DNA of 64,000 nt from Candidatus Latescibacterota bacterium (GTDB taxonomy: Bacteria > Latescibacterota > UBA2968 > UBA8231), in NCBI GenBank assembly GCA_965221775.1, contig CBDCSU010000005.1, positions 160,001 through 224,000 of the forward strand, read 5' to 3'. Shown piece after piece: positions 25,946 through 36,165 of the stretch (position 1 is the first letter of the stretch; each line of letters starts with the position of its first letter). The translations under genes were made by a program, and so were the position numbers. Under the pieces are notes generated by a model that had not been told where the DNA came from, did not search any database, and saw only the letters and a program-made list of their open reading frames with translations.

Positions 25946-26598
25946 TCAGCTCCCTCCGGCGAAAGGTCCGCCGGTGAGGACGTGGTCCACCTGCCAGGAG
26001 TAGCCTCCGGCACCGGCTTCGCTCCGCAGGGCCGCCGAGACGGCCGTCGCCGCGTCCCCGGAAGAGGTGCCTTCAGGGTCGTCGAGGTCCCCCATGCGCA
26101 GGCAGCACACCTCGATGGCGCCCGTGCGGGCGATTTCGCGGCAGACGAGTTCCGCCAGGTACGGCGCCAGAGACTCGGCGTCGGCGCGCGGCCGGGGACG
26201 CCACCACGGTTCGACGAGGTAATCCGCCGGGTAGTCGTGCATGAGCGAGATGGGACTGACGAGGACGATGCGGCCGACCCCGCCTCGCGGGCGGTCTGCA
26301 CGAGGACGTAGGTGCCGCGGCCCAGAACGTCGAGCAACTCCGCCTCCGGCGCGGCACCCTCCCCCGCGGACGGACCATGGGGCTGGGCGTGGACGACGGC
26401 CGCGGCGCCCTGCAGGGCCTCGCGGGCGGCCTCGGGGAGGCGCAGGTCGGCGGCCCGGTAGTCCATCGCTCCACCGAGATCGGTCCCGGGAGCCGGGCTC
26501 TGCCCGATGGCGATGACCTCCCCGGCAGCGGACAGGCCCCGGCAGAGGGCCGCCCCCGTGGGCCGGTCGGCCCCGGTGACGGCGACGGGGCCGGTCAC
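25946..26598 (-). pseudogene. Short NAD-dependent epimerase-like gene with a 1-nt frameshift in a G-run (sequencing error or true lesion)
   Basis: Starts VTGPVAVTGADRPTG (GTGA overlap with nadK). After ...TAREAG the sensible continuation VGRIVLVSPISLMHDYPADY...PYLAELVCRE...CLRMG lies in another frame. Adding one G to the run at 26278-26281 restores it. Confidence 0.7.
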
Positions 26599-27401
26599 CA
26601 CGACAGCTTGGAGGTCAGGTTGTGGAAGAAGTAGCTCGGCTCGAAGTAGATCAGCCGCGCCGTGCGCTCCGAGGAGCCGATCTCCACGTCGTCTCCGGGG
26701 GCGAGCTCCGCCAGGCGCCGGCCGTCGGCGGTGAGCAGGACCTCGGGCTCCCGGGTCTCGGGGCTCACGTGCAGACGCACCCGCGCCTCGGGCCGCAGGA
26801 TCAGCGACCGCGAGGTGAAGTTGTACTCGTTGATCCCGTCGAGCACGAGACAGCGGACCTCGGGAGTCACGATGGGGGCGCCCGTGGCCAGCAGGAAGCC
26901 GGTGCTGCCCGTGGGGGTGCCGACGACGACGCCGTCCCCGCAGATCGTCCGGATCTTCGAGCCGTCCACGAAGACGTCGATGAAGACGAGACGGTTGCTG
27001 CTGCGTACCAGCACCTCGTTCACGGCGCGCACCTCGCCGCCGGGGTAGCGGCAGGTGAGGGCGAGGCGCTCGCTGAGGATGTAGTCACCGGCCACCAGGC
27101 GGCCGAGGATTCGTTCCAGGTCGGAGCGGTCGCCGGCGGTGAGAAAGCCCACGGTGCCGTAGTTGATGGCCAGCACCGGGGCCTCCGGACAGAGGTCCAG
27201 GGCGCGCAGGACGGTGCCGTCCCCGCCCATGGCCATCACCAGGTCGAGGTCTTCAGGAGGCGGTGCTCCGTCCTCGAGGACGCACAACTCGATGCCGTGC
27301 CCGTCAAGGAGGCGGCGCATCTCGTCGAGGGGAAAGGGCTGTCCCTCGTCGCGCAGGAGGGCGCCGATCCTGCGGAGGGAGGGCACCCCGGCCGGTCCCA
27401 T
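26595..27401 (-). CDS. nadK: NAD(+) kinase
   Basis: GGDGT, INYGTVGFL, VNE, GDGVVVGTPTGST. Start ATG 27401 or GTG 27413. Confidence 0.9.
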   Translation of the reverse strand: MGPAGVPSLRRIGALLRDEGQPFPLDEMRRLLDGHGIELCVLEDGAPPPEDLDLVMAMGGDGTVLRALDLCPEAPVLAINYGTVGFLTAGDRSDLERILGRLVAGDYILSERLALTCRYPGGEVRAVNEVLVRSSNRLVFIDVFVDGSKIRTICGDGVVVGTPTGSTGFLLATGAPIVTPEVRCLVLDGINEYNFTSRSLILRPEARVRLHVSPETREPEVLLTADGRRLAELAPGDDVEIGSSERTARLIYFEPSYFFHNLTSKLSW

Positions 27402-27402
27402 C

Positions 27403-28314
27403 CTATCCGGCACGCGCCTCCGTGCCGGCCTGGGCCTCGTACGCCTTGATCAGCGCCTGGGTGCCTTCGTCGGCGCCGCCGAGGCGCTCGACGATGTTGA
27501 AGTACTGGTGGGCGATGCTCGTACCCGGCAGGGCCAGCTTGACATCGTTGGCCGCCTCGAGGACGAGCTTGAGGTCCTTCTGCTGCAAGCGCACCATGAA
27601 CCCGGGCTCGAAATCCCCCTTGAGGATCCGCGGGCCCAGATTGGTCATCTGCCACGAACCCGCGGCGCCGCCGGAGATGGCGTCGAGGACCTTCTGCACG
27701 TCCATGTCGGAGGCCGCCGCCAGCATGAGGGCCTCGGCCATGGCCAGGTTGGCGCAGGCCACGGCGATCTGGTTGCAGGCCTTGGTCGTCTGACCGGCGC
27801 CGCTGCCGCCGATGAGGTTGATGTTCTTTCCCATGGCCTCGAAGACGGGCCGACAGTCGTCGAAGACGGCCTGCTCGCCCCCTACCATGATCGACAGCGT
27901 CCCCTGCCGGGCGCCCACGTCGCCGCCGCTCACCGGCGCGTCGAGCATGCGCACGCCCGACTCCTTGAGGCGCGCGGAGATCTCGCGGGTGACGCGGGGC
28001 GAGATGGTGCTCATGTCGATGACGGTGGCTCCCCTGCGGGCACCGTGGACGACGCCGTCCTCGCCGAGGATCACCGCCTCCACGTCGGGCGTGTCGGTGA
28101 CGATGGTGATGATCACGTCGCTGCCTTCGGCCGCCTCCCTCGGGGAGGCCGCACGGCGGCCGCCGGCCTCGACCACCTCCCGCACGCCGGGGCGGTCCGA
28201 GCGGTTGTAGACCTTCAGCGAAAACCCGGCCTTCATGAGATTCAGGGCCATGGGGGCTCCCATGATCCCGAGACCGACGAAGCCGATGCGCGTCTCTGCG
28301 GGTGTGGCTGGCAT
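27403..28314 (-). CDS. 2-hydroxy-3-oxopropionate reductase / beta-hydroxyacid dehydrogenase family
   Basis: AGGAG SD. IGFVGLGIMG, DMSTISP, LDAPVSGG, GAGQTTKACNQ, QKDL. Confidence 0.9.
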   Translation of the reverse strand: MPATPAETRIGFVGLGIMGAPMALNLMKAGFSLKVYNRSDRPGVREVVEAGGRRAASPREAAEGSDVIITIVTDTPDVEAVILGEDGVVHGARRGATVIDMSTISPRVTREISARLKESGVRMLDAPVSGGDVGARQGTLSIMVGGEQAVFDDCRPVFEAMGKNINLIGGSGAGQTTKACNQIAVACANLAMAEALMLAAASDMDVQKVLDAISGGAAGSWQMTNLGPRILKGDFEPGFMVRLQQKDLKLVLEAANDVKLALPGTSIAHQYFNIVERLGGADEGTQALIKAYEAQAGTEARAG

Positions 28315-28334
28315 GACCAAGTGCTCTCCTGGGG

Positions 28335-30152
28335 TCAGAAGTTCGAGTAGAACTGGTGGCGGTTGTCCTCGATGTCGGCATTCTCGTAGATCTGCGCATA
28401 CCACACCTGCAGCGACTCGGCGCGGCGCGTCTGCAGCAGCTCCGCCTCGACCCCGGCCCGCTCCTCCTCGAAGGCGGCCTCGTCGATGGCGGTCTTCCCG
28501 GTCAGGTGCAGGAGGTAGGCGCCGTTGCCCTGAACCACGACGCCGCTCACCTGGCCGGCCTCCAGGGCGAAGGCGGCGCCGGCGAACTCGCCGCCCCGGC
28601 CGACACCGGGGACGAAGTCCATTCTCGCGAAGGGCCCGCCGGTGCGGACCTCCAGTCCCGCGGCGGCCACGGCGTCGGCAAAGTCCTGCCCCGCCTCCAC
28701 CGCCTCCTTCACCGGGAGCAGCTTCTCGCCGGCGATCCCGGAGCGCTTGAGGCGCCGCACCGACGACTCCAGCTGCGGCCGGACCTCCTCGAGAGGGAGG
28801 AGGCCCTCGGCCCGTCGCCCGGTGAGCTCGGCCACGAAGTACCCCGCCTCGGTGCTGCCCACGGGGCTCTGCTCGCCGACCTCGCTGTCGAAGAGCCGCC
28901 CCACGACCCAGCCCGTGCCGCCGCCTGTCACGCTCGGAAGCGACCCCCCGCGGCCGATCCAGCCGGCCTCGCGGACCTCCAGCCCCTCGCTGAGCGCCGC
29001 CTGGCGCAACCCGCCCTCGGCCGCAGCGGCCGCCAGGGCCTCGGCCCGCTCGAGGATCTCGTCTTCCGTCTGCGGCGAGGCCCGGTACTTGAGCAGGAGG
29101 TGGCGGGCCCGGACCCGCTCCTCCTCGCCGGGCTCGGCGGCAGGGCGCTCCTCTAGCTTGATGAGGTGCCAGCCGTAGGTGGTCTGCACCGGCTGCGAGA
29201 CCTCGCCCGGGGCCAGGGCGAAGGCCGCCTCCTCGAACTCGGGTACCATGGAGCCGCGGCCGAAGAGACCGAGGTCGCCGCCGTTCTCCGCGGTGCCCTC
29301 GTCGTCCGACATGGCCGACGCCATGTCGCCGAAGTCGGCCCCCGCCTCGACGATCTCGCGGCGCAGGCGAAGGATCTCCTCGGCCACCTCGGCCGAGTCC
29401 GCGGCGCTCGGCTGGCGGGGCATGAGCACGTAGATCACCTCGATCTGCTCGGGGTGCCGGAAGTCGGACTCGCGCTCCTCGTACCGGGCCCGCAGGTCCT
29501 CGTCGGTCACCGCCACGCCGACGGCCGGGACCGTCGACACCGGCACGAAGGCGTACTCGACGGTGGCCTTCTCGTTGCGGTCCTCGTAGTGCCGGCGGAC
29601 CTCCTGGGGGGTGACGCGGGCCGTCTCGGCCAGCAGCCCCTGCAGGCGCCGGGCGATCAGCTGCTGGTGGATCATCCGCTCCACCTGGGCGATGAAGGGG
29701 CGCTGCTCCCGCACCGTGGTCTCGTCGCTGAAGATCTGCTGGTAGAGCTCGAGGTCGAACTCGCCGTCGCGCTGGAAGGCGGACAGTTCCCGAACCACGT
29801 CGGGCGGCGAGTTCCTCGCGTAGAAAGCGAGCTCCTCGTCGGTGATCTCGATGCCCAGGCGGTCGACCTCCTGGCGCAGCAGGACCTCCGAGACCAGGGC
29901 CTGCCAGACCTCGCCCACCAGCTGACCGGTCTCCCCCCCCTCCTGCCGGCGCAGGCGCGCCGCGTTCTGCAGCGCCTGCTGGAAGAGGCGGTACGAGACC
30001 TGCTCCCCGTTGATGGAGCCCACCACGTCCGTGCCCCGCCCGGTGGACGTGCCGGAGTAGTCGGCTCCCCATTCCACGACGATCAGACCGACAAAGGCGA
30101 GAATCACGAACCACATGATGATGCCCGTGCGCTCTCGCAGTTTCGTCATCAT
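28335..30152 (-). CDS. ppiD: PpiD-like membrane-anchored chaperone / peptidyl-prolyl isomerase (SurA N-domain + PpiC)
   Basis: N-terminal TM anchor, VGSINGEQVS, GGDLGLFGRGSMVPEFEEAAF, VSQPVQTTYGWHLIK. Confidence 0.85.
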   Translation of the reverse strand: MMTKLRERTGIIMWFVILAFVGLIVVEWGADYSGTSTGRGTDVVGSINGEQVSYRLFQQALQNAARLRRQEGGETGQLVGEVWQALVSEVLLRQEVDRLGIEITDEELAFYARNSPPDVVRELSAFQRDGEFDLELYQQIFSDETTVREQRPFIAQVERMIHQQLIARRLQGLLAETARVTPQEVRRHYEDRNEKATVEYAFVPVSTVPAVGVAVTDEDLRARYEERESDFRHPEQIEVIYVLMPRQPSAADSAEVAEEILRLRREIVEAGADFGDMASAMSDDEGTAENGGDLGLFGRGSMVPEFEEAAFALAPGEVSQPVQTTYGWHLIKLEERPAAEPGEEERVRARHLLLKYRASPQTEDEILERAEALAAAAAEGGLRQAALSEGLEVREAGWIGRGGSLPSVTGGGTGWVVGRLFDSEVGEQSPVGSTEAGYFVAELTGRRAEGLLPLEEVRPQLESSVRRLKRSGIAGEKLLPVKEAVEAGQDFADAVAAAGLEVRTGGPFARMDFVPGVGRGGEFAGAAFALEAGQVSGVVVQGNGAYLLHLTGKTAIDEAAFEEERAGVEAELLQTRRAESLQVWYAQIYENADIEDNRHQFYSNF

Positions 30153-30158
30153 TTTGCG

Positions 30159-31181
30159 TCAGCTCTCCTGGTGGGCGCCCACCCTGGCCGGGCCTGGCGC
30201 CGGGTCTCTCATCAGGCAGGCCACGCGCCGCCCGTCTCCGGGATCGACGAGGCCGGGCACTTCGCGGCGGCAGCGGTCGCGCGCCTCGGGACAGCGGGGG
30301 TGGAAGGCGCAGCCCCCGGGCACGCGGGCGGGGCTGGGGACATCGCCGCCCAGCACCATCCGCTGCCGGCGGGCGGCCGGGTCCGGCACCGGCACGGCGG
30401 CCATCAGCGCCCGCGTATAGGGATGGCTCGGCGAGCCGAACAACTGGTCCCTGGTGGCAAGCTCCACGATTCGTCCCAGGTACATCACGGCCACGCGGTC
30501 GGCGACATGCCGGATGACGCCGAGGTCGTGGGCGATGAAGAGGTACGTGAGCCCGAGATCGCGCTGGATGTCCTGGAGCAGGTTCACGATCTGCCCCTGC
30601 ACGGAGACATCGAGGGCGGAGACCGGCTCGTCGGCGACGATGAAGGCCGGGCTCACGGCCAGGGCCCGGGCGATGCCTATCCGTTGCCGCTGACCCCCGC
30701 TGAACTCGTGCGGGTACCGGGAGGCGGCGCCGGCCGGCAGGCCGACCATCTCCAGAAGCTCGGCCACCCGTTCGGACATCCGGCCTTCCAAGAGCCCGTG
30801 GATCCGGAGCCCCTCTCCGAGAAGGGTGCGCACACGCATTCTCGGATTCAGCGAGCTGTACGGATCCTGGAACACCATCTGCATGTGCCGCCGCAGCGAC
30901 CGCAACTCGCGGCCGTCGAGGTCGGCGAGGTTGCGGCCCTGAAAGTACGCCGCCCCCGAGGTGGCGTCGAGGAGCCGCAGGATCAGCCGGCCGAGGGTTG
31001 TCTTGCCGCAGCCGCTCTCGCCGACGACGCCCAGGGTCTCCCCGGTCCACACCTGCAGGGAGACGTCGTCCACCGCGCGCACCCAGCCGCGGACCCGGCC
31101 CCAGGCCCCGCGGCGGACCGGGAAGTACTTGCTCAGGCCGCGGGTCTCGACAATCGGCTTCACCGCCTCAGACGGATGCAT
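30159..31181 (-). CDS. oppF: Oligopeptide/dipeptide ABC transporter ATP-binding protein (OppF/DppF-like)
   Basis: [42 protein letters not shown]-terminal CAFHPRC Fe-S motif. Confidence 0.9.
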   Translation of the reverse strand: MHPSEAVKPIVETRGLSKYFPVRRGAWGRVRGWVRAVDDVSLQVWTGETLGVVGESGCGKTTLGRLILRLLDATSGAAYFQGRNLADLDGRELRSLRRHMQMVFQDPYSSLNPRMRVRTLLGEGLRIHGLLEGRMSERVAELLEMVGLPAGAASRYPHEFSGGQRQRIGIARALAVSPAFIVADEPVSALDVSVQGQIVNLLQDIQRDLGLTYLFIAHDLGVIRHVADRVAVMYLGRIVELATRDQLFGSPSHPYTRALMAAVPVPDPAARRQRMVLGGDVPSPARVPGGCAFHPRCPEARDRCRREVPGLVDPGDGRRVACLMRDPAPGPARVGAHQES

Positions 31182-32181
31182 CCCACCTCCAGCAGGCGGC
31201 GCCGTGGCCCGGGCCGACCTCCTCCAGGGGCGGGGACTCACCGCGGCAGCGGTCCTCCGCCAGGGGGCACCGGGGGTGGAAGCGGCAGCCCGAGGGGAAA
31301 TCGGTGGCCTCGGGGACGCGGCCGGGGATGACCTCCAGGCGGTTCAGGGGACCCTCGAGCTGCGGGACCGAGCGCAGCAGCCCCCTCGTGTACGGATGCC
31401 GCGGGTCGGCGAAGAGCCGCGCCGTCTCCGCCGTCTCCACGATGCGCCCCGCGTACATCACCGCCACCCTGTCGGCGGTCTCGGCCACGACGCCGAGATC
31501 GTGGGTGATGAGCAGGACGGCCATGTGGAACTCGGCCTGCAGCCGTTGCAGCAGGTCCAGGATCTGGGCCTGGGTGGTCACGTCGAGGGCCGTGGTCGGC
31601 TCGTCGGCGATGAGCACGTCGGGGGCGCAGGACAGGGCCATGGCGATCATGACCCGCTGCCGCATTCCGCCGCTGAGCTGGTGCGGGTACTCGTCGACGC
31701 GCTGCTCCGGAGCCGGGATGCCGACCCTCCGCATCATGTCGATGGCCCGCTCCCGCGCCTGCTGCCGGCCCGCGTCCCGGTGACGGCGGACGGCCTCGGC
31801 GATCTGGTCGCCGCAGGTCAGGACCGGATTGAGGCTGGTCATCGGCTCCTGGAAGATCATGGCGATCTCGTTGCCCCGGACGCGGCGCATCTCCTCCTCC
31901 TCCAGGTCGAGGAGATCGCGCCCCCGGAGCCGGACCCGGCCCCCCTCGATCCGGCCCGGGGAGGAGACCAGCCGCAGCACGGACAGGGCGGCGAGGCTCT
32001 TGCCGCAGCCGCTCTCTCCCACCAGCCCCAGGGTCTCGCCCCGGCCGAGGTGGAAGGAGAGTCCGTCGACGGCGCGTCCGACGCCGCTCCGGGTGTGGAA
32101 CCAGGTGCGCAGACCGCGCACCTCGAGGACCGGCTCTTCGCCGGACGCCGGGCCCGGGGGCGAAGGGGTCACGGCCGTCAC
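31168..32181 (-). CDS. oppD: Oligopeptide/dipeptide ABC transporter ATP-binding protein (OppD/DppD-like)
   Basis: GTGA overlap at 32178-32181. [42 protein letters not shown]. Confidence 0.9.
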   Translation of the reverse strand: MTAVTPSPPGPASGEEPVLEVRGLRTWFHTRSGVGRAVDGLSFHLGRGETLGLVGESGCGKSLAALSVLRLVSSPGRIEGGRVRLRGRDLLDLEEEEMRRVRGNEIAMIFQEPMTSLNPVLTCGDQIAEAVRRHRDAGRQQARERAIDMMRRVGIPAPEQRVDEYPHQLSGGMRQRVMIAMALSCAPDVLIADEPTTALDVTTQAQILDLLQRLQAEFHMAVLLITHDLGVVAETADRVAVMYAGRIVETAETARLFADPRHPYTRGLLRSVPQLEGPLNRLEVIPGRVPEATDFPSGCRFHPRCPLAEDRCRGESPPLEEVGPGHGAACWRWDASV

Positions 32182-32990
32182 CGCGAGAGTGGGGCGGCGT
32201 CTGCAAAACGCAGGGCGTGGCCCTCGGTTCCGTACGTCTCCCGGGCCAGGACCTCGGACCGCCGCCGCTCCGCGGGGGTCAGCGGCGCCTCGCGAACCGG
32301 CAGGCCGAGGACCTGGCCGAAGCCTGCGGCCAGGCAGCCCACGAGACGGTCCCTGTCCAGGGGCTGCCCGGCGCACTCGGCCAGGTGCGTGCTCGCAGCC
32401 TCCAGGGACGGGCCCCCCTGCCGCGGAGCCGGGATCAGCTCCGCCAGGCGCAGGTGCTCGGGCCCGGCCAGCAGGGAACCGTGCTGCAGCAGCGCCCCCC
32501 GCGTGCGGCGCTGGGCGCTGCCCACCAGCTTGCGGCCGCCGCTGGTCAGCTCCCAGCGCGAGGCGCTGGCGAAGCAGGCCCCGTGCCGGGTGCCGGGACG
32601 CCCCCCGGGAGCCAGCTCGACATCGACCCCGCCGCGCCGCAGGCCCTCGGCCAGACACTCGCCGAGGATGCGGCACGCCTCCGGCAGGGGATGGGCCGCG
32701 GGGCCCTCGCCCTCGGCGCAGTGAAAGCTGTAGGTGATCTCGTTCCAGTGCAGGACGGCCCGGCCCCCCGTGGGGCGGCGTACGATGTCGATACCGAGGT
32801 CCCGGCAACGGGAGATGTCGACAGCCTCCCGGGCGCGCTGGCCGAAACCGAGACTGACCGCCGGGGGGCTCCACCCGTAGGTGCGCAGGATCGGGCCGCC
32901 GCCGTCGCGGGCGGCGGCGAGGAGGACGTCGTCGACGGCCATGTTGAGGGCCCCCGGCAGCGCCCCCGTGTCCAGGAAGCGCAGGGGCAT
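32178..32990 (-). CDS. lipM: LipM-like octanoyltransferase (lipoate-protein ligase family)
   Basis: [49 protein letters not shown]. Confidence 0.75.
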   Translation of the reverse strand: MPLRFLDTGALPGALNMAVDDVLLAAARDGGGPILRTYGWSPPAVSLGFGQRAREAVDISRCRDLGIDIVRRPTGGRAVLHWNEITYSFHCAEGEGPAAHPLPEACRILGECLAEGLRRGGVDVELAPGGRPGTRHGACFASASRWELTSGGRKLVGSAQRRTRGALLQHGSLLAGPEHLRLAELIPAPRQGGPSLEAASTHLAECAGQPLDRDRLVGCLAAGFGQVLGLPVREAPLTPAERRRSEVLARETYGTEGHALRFADAAPLSR

Positions 32991-33772
32991 CAGATCTCCC
33001 CGAGGCTCTGCAGCGCGTCCCGGGCGGCCATCTGCTGGGCCTCCTTCTTGGAGCGCCCCTGCCCCCGGCCGATGGTCTGGCCGGTGACGCTCACATCGAC
33101 GCTGAAGACCTTGTCGTGGTCCGGGCCACGCTCGCCCTGCACCTGGTACCGGGGGTGGCCTTCTCCCCGTCCCTGCACGTGCTCGAGGAGTTTGCTCTTG
33201 AAGTTGACGAAGTCCTCCGCGTCCGCCAGCCCTTCCATGTCGTGAAGGACGGCGGTCTCGACGAAGCGGCGCGCCGGCCGCAGCCCCCCGTCGAGGTAGA
33301 GGGCGCCGATGACGGCCTCGAAGGCGTCGCTGAGGATCGAGTCCTGATCGGCGCCGCCGGCGGCCCTCTCCTCGGGACTGAGCAGGATGTGGCCGCCCAG
33401 GTCCATCGCCCGCGCGCGGCGGGCCAGGAGGGCGCGGCTCACGGCCAGGGATTTCATCTGCGTCAGGTCTCCCTCGCGCCGGTCGCGGTAACGGTGGTAC
33501 AAGTGCTCCGCCACCACGAGGTCGAGGACGGCGTCTCCGAGGAACTCCAGGCGCTCGTTGGAGTCGATCCCCGCCCCCTGCCTGGCGTACACGAAGGATC
33601 TGTGCTTGAGGGCGTGGGCGAGGAGGCGAGGATCGCGGAAGCGGTACCCGAGCCCCCTCTCGAGGGCCCGGAGCCGTGGCCGCGGCAATTCGGCCGCCGA
33701 CGGCCTCGGGCCGAGCCGGGCGAGAGCGGCGCGAATCCAACCCATCGGCGGGCGGGGAGGATCCGTCGGCAA
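32990..33772 (-). CDS. rnc: Ribonuclease III (start TTG 33772 or ATG 33745)
   Basis: [10 protein letters not shown] signature, [14 protein letters not shown]-terminal dsRBD (GRSKKEAQQ). Confidence 0.95.
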   Translation of the reverse strand: MPTDPPRPPMGWIRAALARLGPRPSAAELPRPRLRALERGLGYRFRDPRLLAHALKHRSFVYARQGAGIDSNERLEFLGDAVLDLVVAEHLYHRYRDRREGDLTQMKSLAVSRALLARRARAMDLGGHILLSPEERAAGGADQDSILSDAFEAVIGALYLDGGLRPARRFVETAVLHDMEGLADAEDFVNFKSKLLEHVQGRGEGHPRYQVQGERGPDHDKVFSVDVSVTGQTIGRGQGRSKKEAQQMAARDALQSLGEI

Positions 33773-33781
33773 GGCGGATCC

Positions 33782-35023
33782 TCAGGCGGGGCGGGTGAAG
33801 ACGAGGGCGGCGTTGTGGCCGCCGAAACCGAAGGAGTTGTTCATCACGCCGTCGACCTGCACCTCGCGGGCCTCGTTGGCCACGTAGTCGAGATCGCAGG
33901 CCGGGTCGGGGGTCTCGTAGTTGATGGTCGGGGGCAGCACGCCGTGCTTCAGGGCCAGCAGGCAGGCGATGCTCTCGACAGCGCCCGCCGCCCCGAGGAG
34001 GTGCCCGGTCATCGACTTGGTGGAGCTCACGGCCAGCTCGTCCGCCCGGGCGCCGAAGACGCCCTTCAGCGCCGCCGTCTCCTGCGGGTCGCCGACCACG
34101 GTCGAGGTGCCGTGGGCGTTGACGTAGCCGATCTCCCCCGGACCGAGGCGGGCGTCGTCGAGGGCCAGGCGCATCGCCCGGGCGCCGCCCTCTCCCTCGG
34201 GAGCCATGTCGGTGATGTGGTAGGCGTCGGCGGTGAAGCCGAGTCCGCGGAACTCGCCGTAGATCTCGGCCCCCCGGCGGCGGGCGTGCTCGTGCTCCTC
34301 CAGGACCAGGGCCCCCGCCCCTTCGCCGAGGACGAAGCCGGCTCGGTCGGCGTCGAAGGGCCGGCTCGCCCGCTGCGGCTCGTCGTTGCGCACCGACAAG
34401 GCCCGGGCCGCGGCGAAGCCGGCCACGGACAAGGGCGTGACGGCGGCCTCGGTGCCGCCGGTGACCATGACGTCGGCGTCGCCGTACTGGATCTTGCGCC
34501 CCGCCTCGCCGATGGCGTGAGCCGCCGAGGCGCAGGCGGAGACGGTGGTGTAGTTGGGGCCCCGGGCGCCGAGCTTGATGGAGATCATCCCCGCCGACAT
34601 GTCGCTGATGATCATGGGGACGAAGAAGGGGCTCAGGCGCCCCGGACCGCGGTCGCTGAGCACGGAGTGCTGGTCCTCGAGGGTGGCGATGCCGCCGATG
34701 CCGGAGCCGAAGATGACGCCCACGCGCTCGGACTGCAGGCGGTCCATGTCGAGGCCGGCGTCGGCGAAGGCCTGGGTGGCCGCATACACGCCGTACTGGA
34801 CGAAAGCGTCGTTGCGGCGAACCTCCTTGCGGTCGAGGCAGGACTCGGGGTCGAAGTCCTTGACCTCCCCGGCGATGGTGACCTTCTGGCCGGTGGTGTC
34901 GAAACGGGTGATCGGCCCGATGCCGGAACGGCCGTTGGTCAGGGCGTCCCAGTAGGCGACGGGATCGTTGCCGTTCGGGGCCAGCACCCCGAGACCTGTG
35001 ACCACTACTCTCCGCCGCGCCAC
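33782..35023 (-). CDS. fabF: 3-oxoacyl-ACP synthase II
   Basis: RRVVVTGLG, SACAS, NAHGTST, TGHLLGAAG, NSFGFGG. Confidence 0.97.
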   Translation of the reverse strand: MARRRVVVTGLGVLAPNGNDPVAYWDALTNGRSGIGPITRFDTTGQKVTIAGEVKDFDPESCLDRKEVRRNDAFVQYGVYAATQAFADAGLDMDRLQSERVGVIFGSGIGGIATLEDQHSVLSDRGPGRLSPFFVPMIISDMSAGMISIKLGARGPNYTTVSACASAAHAIGEAGRKIQYGDADVMVTGGTEAAVTPLSVAGFAAARALSVRNDEPQRASRPFDADRAGFVLGEGAGALVLEEHEHARRRGAEIYGEFRGLGFTADAYHITDMAPEGEGGARAMRLALDDARLGPGEIGYVNAHGTSTVVGDPQETAALKGVFGARADELAVSSTKSMTGHLLGAAGAVESIACLLALKHGVLPPTINYETPDPACDLDYVANEAREVQVDGVMNNSFGFGGHNAALVFTRPA

Positions 35024-35036
35024 GTCGACCGCCGCC

Positions 35037-35276
35037 TCAGGCCTTGGCGTTCTCTTCGAGGTAGCGAATGGCGTCGGTGACGGAAGCGATCTTCTCGGCG
35101 TCCTCGTCGGGGATATCGAGGCCGAACTCCTCCTCGAAGGCCATGACCAGCTCGACCGTGTCCAGCGAGTCGGCGCCGAGGTCGTCGATGAAGGACGCCT
35201 CCCTGGTCACCTGCTCGGCATTGACGCCGAGCTGTTCGACGATCAGGTCGCGTACCCGCTCTTCGATGGTTGGCAT
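35037..35276 (-). CDS. acpP: Acyl carrier protein
   Basis: AAGGAG SD before ATG 35276. [20 protein letters not shown]. Confidence 0.97.
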   Translation of the reverse strand: MPTIEERVRDLIVEQLGVNAEQVTREASFIDDLGADSLDTVELVMAFEEEFGLDIPDEDAEKIASVTDAIRYLEENAKA

Positions 35277-35340
35277 GCAGGTCTCCTTTTTGTGCGCTTG
35301 CCGAATCGTGGGTTGGGCAACGTTACCCGGGGGGTTCACC

Positions 35341-35369
35341 TATATATGCAGGGTCCTGAGACGGCGCAA
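35341..35369 (-). promoter_or_regulatory. Possible internal promoter for acpP
   Basis: Minus strand TTGCGC-N17-TATATA in an AT-rich patch between fabG and acpP. Confidence 0.4.
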
Positions 35370-35399
35370 CCGGGATCCTGGATCCGGCCCCGCCCCCGG

Positions 35400-36146
35400 C
35401 TACATCGTCATGCCGCCGTCGACGGCCAGCACCTGCCCGGTGATGTAGGCGGCCCTCCGAGAGGCGAGGAAAGCGACAGCGTCGGCCACCTCCTCCGGTG
35501 TGCCCGTCCGGGCCAGGGGCACGTGGGCCATCAGGTGCTCGACGGCCTCCTGCGGCAGATCGGCCGTCATTCCCGTGTCCGGCACGTACCCGGGCGCGAC
35601 GACGTTGACGGTGACCCCGCGGGAGGCCATTTCGCGGGCCAGGCTCTTGGTGAAGCCGATCAGCCCCGCCTTGGAAGCCGAGTAGTTGGCCTGCCCGGCG
35701 TTGCCCACGATCCCCGCCACGGAGGAGATGGAGATGATCCGCCCCTCCCGGGCGCGCATCATCGGCCGGGCTGCCGCCTTGGTGCAGTGGAAGGCGCCCT
35801 TGAGATTGGTCGCCAGCACCGCGTCCCAGTCCTCCTCCTTCATGCGCAGCAGGAGGTTGTCGCGCCGGATGCCGGCGTTGTTGACGAGGATGTGGATGCC
35901 CCCCAGCTCGGAGATCGTCCGCTGCACCGTGGCCGCCGCCTGGCCGGCGTCGGAGACGTCCGCCGCGCACGCCAGGGACGGCACGCCCAGGGCGGCGATC
36001 TCGGCGGCGGTGGACTCGGCCGCCGACTCGGTGCGCGCGCAGACGGCCACGGCCGCGCCCTCCGCCGCCAGGCGCAGGGCGATCGCCCGCCCGATGCCGC
36101 GGGATCCTCCGGTGACCAGGGCTGCTTTGCCGTCGAGATCCGCCAT
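35400..36146 (-). CDS. fabG: 3-oxoacyl-ACP reductase
   Basis: TGGSRGIG, NNAGIRRD, GNAGQANYSASKAG. Confidence 0.97.
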   Translation of the reverse strand: MADLDGKAALVTGGSRGIGRAIALRLAAEGAAVAVCARTESAAESTAAEIAALGVPSLACAADVSDAGQAAATVQRTISELGGIHILVNNAGIRRDNLLLRMKEEDWDAVLATNLKGAFHCTKAAARPMMRAREGRIISISSVAGIVGNAGQANYSASKAGLIGFTKSLAREMASRGVTVNVVAPGYVPDTGMTADLPQEAVEHLMAHVPLARTGTPEEVADAVAFLASRRAAYITGQVLAVDGGMTM

Positions 36147-36165
36147 CGCTCTTCCTCGTCAGAGT

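Noticed and set aside
27403-31050. 1215-aa ORF suggesting a large fusion to the dehydrogenase
   Set aside because: Only the last ~303 aa are real (SD + ATG at 28314). The rest is R/G/P-rich off-frame read-through of ppiD and oppF.
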